A stretch of 60,843 nt of DNA, filler included, from Nemertoderma westbladi (lineage: Eukaryota > Animalia > Xenacoelomorpha), in the NCBI GenBank assembly GCA_032718475.1. It is 3 parts of 3 records of this genome, joined end to end, with 100 filler letters (N's around TTAATTAATTAA, not from the genome) between each part and the next. Parts side by side here need not be neighbours in the genome. Positions count along the whole stretch, not along the records: positions 47,841 to 60,843 come from JAUCBJ010000089.1; 2 more parts are not named here. One strand, written 5' to 3'. Each line of letters starts with the position of its first letter. The first letter of the stretch is position 1. The notes under the pieces are model-generated. The model was not told the origin of the DNA. It worked only from the letters and a program-made list of their open reading frames with translations, and ran no database searches. The translations under genes were made by a program, and so were the position numbers. Positions 54,105-60,843 of this stretch are shown here, one piece after another.

Positions 54105-54275
54105 TCAATTATTATCGCTGTTCCTTCTACAAGGGCCATGGTGAGCAATGTTAACGTCTCTAGTTGTTCGTTTGCAAAAAACGCAAGCCGTTCCGTATGT
54201 TTGACCATTTGTTCCACAAACTGGGTTCCATTCACGTGAACATCCTGTTAACTTGTCGAATGCAGTACAATTCCG
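54105..54275 (-). CDS. Kazal-type protease inhibitor, last exon (domain 2)
   Basis: RNCTAFDKLTGCSREWNPVCGTNGQTYGTACVFCKRTTRDVNIAHHGPCRRNSDNN*; acceptor ttttAG, phase 0; AATAAA next to the stop. Confidence 0.85.
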   Translation of the reverse strand, partial: RNCTAFDKLTGCSREWNPVCGTNGQTYGTACVFCKRTTRDVNIAHHGPCRRNSDNN

Positions 54276-54789
54276 CTAAAATTCAAATATTTATACATGA
54301 TGAGGTTTTGAAAAATAAATATTAGCGATAGTAAAAGTTGTCATGTATTTTAAATTGAGACAAAATGAATGATCAGGATCCGAAGATCGAGAATTCTGCC
54401 AGTAATTATCTTGTTCAACATTCTAATACTGTATAATAGGCTGTTACATTATCAGAAAACAACAATAATCCTACTGTATTAAACAACACATAGAACTTCA
54501 AACTAAATCAGATGTCATCAGATAGGCGTTGACCCCCCCCCCCCCCCCCCCTAAATCAGATTTAAAAAAAAATTGTAATAAACTTACAAAAAAATTTTTA
54601 TTTTATTTTTTTTTTATTATGAAGATGTTTCATTTTCAGGCGAACCCCAGTACCGCAGTACCCCAGTAGCATGCGTCCTAATCACTGAAACATGGTGACT
54701 GGTAACTGAAACAGAAGGTTGTGCTAGGGGCCTTCGGGGGCTTCGAACAATTAAAATAGACAAGCTATTTACTCTTCTGCTATATCTCT

Positions 54790-54925
54790 TCTAGCACCTA
54801 TAAATGAACATGCTGACGTTAGATTTTGGCTGACCCCCTCCCCTCCCCTCATCAGCACTTCATCAGATTTTCCCAACCCCCCTCCCCCCCCTAATGTGCT
54901 GACGTCATACTTGGACGGCGCCTTT
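54790..54925. mobile_element. MITE terminal fragment
   Basis: Ends ...TGACGTCATACTTGGACGGCGCCTT with C-rich subterminal tracts; partner end not found. Confidence 0.4.
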
Positions 54926-55002
54926 ACTATATTGTGATAATTAAAATAAATATATTGTGATAAAACGATAAGAGATTAGCACTAAGTAGTACTTATCGCC
55001 AA

Positions 55003-55593
55003 AAGCTTATCTCTTAACTCCTGGCTTATAACTTATCTCTTATAGCTTATCTCTTAACTCCTGGCTTATAGCTTATCTCTTAACTCCTGGCTTATAGCTT
55101 ATCTCTTATAGCTTATCTCTTATAGCTTATCTCTTATAGCTTATCTCTTATAGCTAATCTCTTATAGCTTATCTCTTATAGCTTATCCCTTACAGCTTAT
55201 CTCTTATAGCTTATCTCTTACAGCTTATCTCTTATAGCTTATCTCTTATAGCTTATCTCTTATAGCTAATCTCTTATAGCTTATCTCTTATAGCTTATCT
55301 CTTATAGCTTATCTCTTATAGCTTATCTCTTATAGCTTATCTCTTATCGCTTATCTCTTATAGCTTATCTCTTATAGCTTATCTCTTACAGCTTATCTCT
55401 TACAGCTTATCTCTTATAGCTTATCTCTTATAGCTTTTCTCTTATAGCTTATCTCTTATCGCTTATCTCTTATAGCTTATCTCTTATCGCTTATCTCTTA
55501 TCGCTTATCTCTTATAGCTTATCTCTTATAGCTTATCTCTTATAGCTTATCTCTTATCGCTTATCTCTTATGTCTCAATCGTGAACCAGGCTT
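55003..55593. repeat. 14-bp tandem repeat (TAGCTTATCTCTTA), ~40 copies, ending in a Harbinger-MITE-like terminus
   Basis: Array followed by ...CAATCGTGAACCAGGCTT. Confidence 0.85.
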
Positions 55594-55820
55594 TAACGTT
55601 TGTTTTAAAAAACTGATAAAAGTTTGTGGTAATTTTAATTAATGTCGGGATCACATCATGTACACGTACAGAAAAAGTAAAAAAACCACGTAGTGCAACG
55701 TGATAACGTGAATGCAATAACGTCATTATGTAGGCCTACAGTATAGCCGTATAATACTGTTATAATGAAAAGAAAAACCAGCGCTAGTGTCCTGAATTTC
55801 GTAGTATAATATTACCAAAA

Positions 55821-56460
55821 AGCTAACGTTTCGATTATATAAAATAACCATCATCGGTGCGATCAAGCAGTTCAATGCAGAGAATAAACTAATATATAAT
55901 TACAAGAAGAAAGCTATAAATTGCAACCTAAATATAAAAACTAACTAAAGACAAAAAATATACTATGGAATGTAAACATGTGCACAACTACAGTAGGGCG
56001 GCCTAACCAGAAAATAAAGCTAGCTTTATACAACTAAAACCAATCTGTGTGTTTAGGGTAGGGCGTATATCTCGAATGTACAATGACTCCTTAATTGAGG
56101 TATCGAAACTATTAGTAGCAGCACCAATAATTTTGAAATTATCAGTTGTTCAGATAGCGTGATCAGTTTCTAAACAATGATCGTATATGGCTGAATCCTT
56201 CGGTACCGATAGCCTACCGGTAAGGAAGGAGCACCCAGCATGCTCTCCTACGCGAACAGCAACGGTGTCTGACAATTTTACCTACACAAGTAGCATTGCA
56301 GCTACCACAGGAATATAAATAGACAACCTTGGAACGGGTATGAAGGGGACGCTTGTCCTTATAACTGAAGAATGAACCACGACCCTGGACCACATGAACC
56401 TGACAGATGGCCTAAAAATGACCTTTAGTTCTACTGTATATGCGCAAAGTTGGTATTAAC
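55821..56460 (-). mobile_element. Penelope-like element remnant (GIY-YIG endonuclease and downstream hammerhead-like core)
   Basis: SFFSYKDK...SKVVYLYSCGSCNATCVGK...SAIYDHC...DNFKII...KESLYIRDIRPTLN; downstream CCGATGATG..TCGAAACG. Confidence 0.85.
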
Positions 56461-56504
56461 TAATTTACGTAATCTATTCCTAATTAAATAACTAAATGCT
56501 GCAC

Positions 56505-56570
56505 TCTAGCCCAACCCCGGCTTTCATCCTTCAGTGGTCGATAAATGGGAGCCAAGGCAACTTGGGAAAC
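56505..56570 (+). mobile_element. SINE central-domain fragment
   Basis: CTTTCATCCTTCAGTGGTCGATAAATG resembles 5275-5310. Confidence 0.5.
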
Positions 56571-56789
56571 AGAGTGGAAGGGTTTACTGTGGAAGATCAC
56601 CCATGGTGGTGAACAGGCATTCCTTGGCTTAACGAGCCTAAAAGATTCTCCCATTCAATAACTAAATTCACCAGCAAAAGGTAGTACTAGATACACGCTC
56701 TTTCTTTCTACTGTAGGTGCCGGAATTGGCTGAGGCAGCTACTAACGATCTCTAAGCGAAATCGACTAACGATATAATACTGTACTTAC

Positions 56790-56819
56790 CTCATATCCAC
56801 CACAAACCCCGTCATAAAC
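56790..56819 (-). CDS. Kazal inhibitor 30-nt exon (end of domain 1)
   Basis: Polypyrimidine tract + cacAG | VYDGVCGGYE | GTAAGT; supplies the sixth Cys; phase 0/0. Confidence 0.85.
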
Positions 56820-58140
56820 CTGTGAAAAAAAAAGGAGAAAAAAACAGTAATGTAATAATTACGAATATTAATGATGAATTGTTAATGTACTGTAGGCTTA
56901 AATCTTACCGGTAACGTTTTGTATATTTCAGTATGATGAAGTAAAGTATACTAGGCACACCCTGGCCAACTAAAGCGGTATATATGGGGGAAGTTGTGAC
57001 ATGGAATTTATAAGGGGGAAGAGGCTAAAGAAGATGAGATAGGCGTAACCCACACTTTAATTTTCTCCCTCGAAACATCGCGCGCAGTATCTGTTAATTT
57101 TTAATTGTAGTTGGCCCTTAAAAATTATACGATAGAAATATGTAGTATCGGTTTGTCGTAGGTTTCATTGTGGTAGAAGGAAATAAATAATATTTCCCCA
57201 CCCACCCGAAAATAATTCTTATTCGAATCGTAGGCATCAATTTTTGGAAATGGATAGATCATTAGATCGGCCCTCATTTACTATATATAATGTAATCTAT
57301 CTAAGGCCAAACCTGAATAATATAGGTATAAATTATGATGTGGAGATGTGGATTAGCGCTGCGAATGTCGATGTTTTTTTGCAAATATTCGGCCCCACTT
57401 TTCGGGTGGAAGACTCGCTCAAAACAAAAAATTACCCAGATTCAAATAGTTACTACCCCCTTCGGTCTGTCTATTAAAAAAAGTTGCGAGGTCTTAGTCC
57501 TGATAATAAAAAAAAAGTAGCGTGGAATGCCGTTTTTGCGCATTTGTAATATTTGTGGTTTTTGCGGCTTCGTTTATTGTAACTCTCCGACCGCTTTTTA
57601 ATAAAGTGGTTAATATTTCTTCTAGAGCTACCTTTCCTCTATCCAACAACGAAATAATCGTATCCGTAGGTGAACGTGCGGCCAAACTGTTCACGTTTCC
57701 ATACGGCGAATCTCGTCGTAAGGTCATGCGACATATGCATTTCGTGTGGATGTTGAAAAACATGACCCCAGATTTTTTTTACGAATTCGAAGATCATCTG
57801 TATTACAAACTTTTAAGGTGTAATATTATGGTTTTGTTCAGAAATGGAAAAAATGAGAAAGCGCGTCACCGGGGGTTGAACCAGCGCTATACGTACGTTT
57901 CAGCCTATCAGGCCTCATCAGTAGCGCTAACCAGTTCAGCCACTTGTCACGGCTCAACTCCAATTCATTTACAAACTTTTGACCGAGGGAAAAAATTTCG
58001 ATTAAAGCTATTGAGACAATACAAGTTGGTCCTTCTCGGTCGTGGTGGCGACGCCAAATTTTGTTATAGAGCCGTCGCGGAATTAAAGGGGTTGGGACCG
58101 GGCAAAAGTTCCACAAGATAAGTAAATAACACAAATAAAC

Positions 58141-58319
58141 CTTGGCAAGTCTCTCTGCTTGTGGGTCACCATACTTCTTATCTACACAAATGGAGGCGTC
58201 CATAGCACATTGGTTCCCGTACGTAAAACCATCTGTTCCACACTTCGGATCATATTCCAAGGTGCAATCTGTAACGCACTTATCCACTTGATTACTTGCT
58301 TGACAGATCGACATTCCAG
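58141..58319 (-). CDS. Kazal inhibitor exon (domain 1); signal-peptide exon not found in the window
   Basis: CVTDCTLEYDPKCGTDGFTYGNQCAMDASIC; acceptor tttcAG, donor GTTTAT. Confidence 0.88.
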
Positions 58320-58449
58320 CTGAAAAAGATTTATGTTGTAATAAAAGATACGCAATTTGCTACTTCGATTGGCTATCAATGGTTCACAGGCAGCTCATTC
58401 TAATAGTAGACAATTCCACGAGATACCTCCCCTCTGCCGTTGCAAAGAT

Positions 58450-59010
58450 TGTGGTAACCCGTGTACCGACCACTACCATGGTAACCCATGTGCCAACTGC
58501 TACCACTATAACCATTGTGCAAACTGCTACCACTGTAACCCATGTGCCAACTGCTACCACTGTAACCATTGTGCAAACTGCTACCACTGTAACCCCTTGT
58601 GCCAACTGCTACCACTGTAACCCGTGTGCAACTGCCACAGCTGTAACCCGTGTGCTAACTGATACCACTGTAACCCATGTGCCAACTGCTACCATGGTAA
58701 TCCGTGCGCCAACTGCTACCACTGTAACCCATGTGCCACTGCTACCACTGTAACCCGTATGGCAACTGCTACCACTGTAACCCGTGTGCCAACCGCTACC
58801 ATGGTAACCCGCGTGCCAACTGCTACCATGGTAACCCTTGTTCCAACTGCTACCACTGTAACCCGTGTGCCGACCGCTACCACGGTAACCCGTGTGCCAA
58901 CTGCTACCACTGTAACCAGTGTGCCAACTGCTACCACTGTAACCCGTGTGTCAACTGCTACCACGGTAACCCGTGTGCCAACCACTGCCACGGAAACCCG
59001 TGTGCTTACT
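58450..59010 (+). repeat. 27-bp tandem repeat, ~20 copies
   Basis: Unit CCAACTGCTACCACTGTAACCCGTGTG. Confidence 0.92.
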
Positions 59011-60843
59011 GTTGGGAATATTATTACGACTCCAGCAGTACTCCATCGCATTTGCCTCGGATATTGAAGGCATGTTTCTACAAGTTAAAGTGTTGCAACG
59101 AGACAGAGATAGCTTACGGTTCCTGTGGTGGCTGGAAGGAGACTTCGATAAAGAACCGGTAGAGTACTGGAAGACTATCCAAGCCTTCGGCATTATCTCT
59201 AGTCCATCTAACTCTTGCTCGGTGGTGCGTACCACTGCTGATGAAAATCGAGACGCCTTCCCCAAAGCGGTAATCGAAAACATCCAACGAGACATCTATA
59301 TGGACGACAACCTCAAATCGCTGCAAAACAGTGGAAGAAGCAAGAGAGGTTGCCAAGGGAATGGTAGAGTGTCTTCAACGCGGTGGATTCCGGTTAACTA
59401 AATTCACCAGCAACTCCCGTGAGTTTCTGGAGGCGATCCCAGAAGAAGACCAAGGTGCTAAAGATCCCGGCCTCATTAAAGATGACCTCCCAGAAACGAT
59501 AACCTTCGGATTAAAGTGGGATATGGAGAGGGATATTTTATTCTTCCAATTAAAACAACGCGACAATCCTGTTCGAACTAAGAGGATTTGCCTGAGTATT
59601 CTGAGCATTTATTTCGATCCGTTGGGATTTATTAGTCCTGTAATCCTAGTTGCTCGGAGTCTAGTTCAACAAATGTGGCTCGAAACCCACTCTTGGGATG
59701 ATCCACTTAAGGGAGAACTGTTAAAGAAGTGGATGAAGTGGGAAGATTCTTTACCAGCTATTGAGAACTTTAAGATTTCCCGCTCGTATTTCGGTCACGT
59801 CCTATTTGAGGGTCGAAACTCCTGAAGGAATTAAAGTTTCATTGGCCGCCTCAAAGGCTTTGATAAACAACAAACTACGGGTCCCTAGAGCGGAGTTAAA
59901 AGCGGCATTATACGCTACCGCCATTGGCAGGAATATTACTGAACAGATAGAATATCAGTTGGATAAAACAGTTTATTGGATAGATGCATTACTCATTCTA
60001 GAATATCTTACTAACGAAGTTTTCCAGTTCAGTGTCTTTGTCACTAACCGAGTAGCTATTATACTTAATCGCACTAATATAGACCAATGGAGACATTGCC
60101 CTGGAACCATCAATCCAGTCGACATAGCCTCCAGAGGAGCTACGCCGAAAGAACTGACGGATACTCCCGATTGGTTAGGTGGCCCAGACTTCTTAAGTAA
60201 ACAGGAGGAGGAATGCCCCCCCCCCCCCCCCCCCCCATCTTACTACGCGCTGAGATCAGACAAGCCAAGTATCATTCAGAGAGCGATGGTGTATTATAGT
60301 TCTTGGAATAGGCTTTGTAAAGCCATAACCTACTTGAAAAGATGTTTCCATAATCACTATTCCAAGTCAAAGGTAACCAATGACGCCATCCCAGGAGTAG
60401 TCGAAGCGGTCAATGCCATTCCTTCAATGCCAGACCTTCCCACTTATCAGCTACCAACCAAGTTTCTTGCTAACAAGATCAGTTACCACGGAGCATGATG
60501 ATACGAACAAGCAACTACAGCATTTAGAAGGCCTTTAACCCAGCGAGAGGCAGAATTACCTAAGGGAAAGAGTAAGCTGGTTATGAACCACCCTTTACCC
60601 ATACTGGTGTTGATTTACTTGGCCCTATTGAAGTGTATCGCGCTAGAACTATAGTCAAACGATGGTAAGTTATATTTGTTTGTATGACTTGTAGAGCGAT
60701 TCATCTGGATATGGTGAATGATATATATACCAATAGTTTCATACTCAGTTTGCGCCGACAAATCGCTCGTTTTGGGACGAGCAACAGTAAGAGAATGCGG
60801 GATGATATGCATACCCATTTGAGGGGGTTAATGCAGTATCAGG
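59000..60843 (+). mobile_element. Degenerate BEL/Pao retrotransposon pol
   Basis: AFASDIEGMFLQV..LRFLW, YMDD, FDPLGFISP, VPRAEL, WRHCPGTINPVDIASRG, and PFTHTGVD integrase start; frameshifted. Confidence 0.92.

Noticed and set aside
57522-58121. 199-aa plus-strand ORF
   Set aside because: GTG start, no recognisable domain, and intronic on the opposite strand of the Kazal gene.
58357-59162. Cys-rich (CANCYHCNP)n metallothionein-like or Thr-rich mucin-like ORFs
   Set aside because: A 27-bp unit is open in most frames; frameshifts occur within the array, and it lies upstream of the Kazal exon (probably intronic) next to a BEL remnant.

Overview
Repeat-rich, AT-rich animal (probably invertebrate) genomic DNA, split by two artificial 100-nt gaps (22409-22508, 47741-47840). 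Host genes rebuilt by hand with GT-AG junctions: ATG3 (minus, 3 coding exons, 315 aa), GPI (plus, 9 coding exons, 554 aa), MCEE and TMBIM6/Bax inhibitor-1 (both with intronless CDS), and the last 3 exons of a two-domain Kazal protease inhibitor (minus). The rest is mobile DNA and tandem arrays: Gypsy and BEL/Pao LTR elements, LINE and Penelope remnants, tRNA-derived SINEs, MITEs, an 8.3-kb foldback element, and 32-, 40-, 14- and 27-bp arrays. Most unusual: (i) two unclassified non-coding insertions (11354-13300 and 43358-44387) that lack a clear target duplication and share a ~140-nt motif with a conserved predicted multi-stem fold; (ii) a decayed triple zinc-knuckle ORF behind a strongly folded leader (48739-50220); (iii) a minisatellite built from a GPI splice donor; (iv) an 18-bp duplication flanking the foldback element; (v) short footprint-like insertions at TA sites. 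TE family names come from recalled motifs, not database searches.
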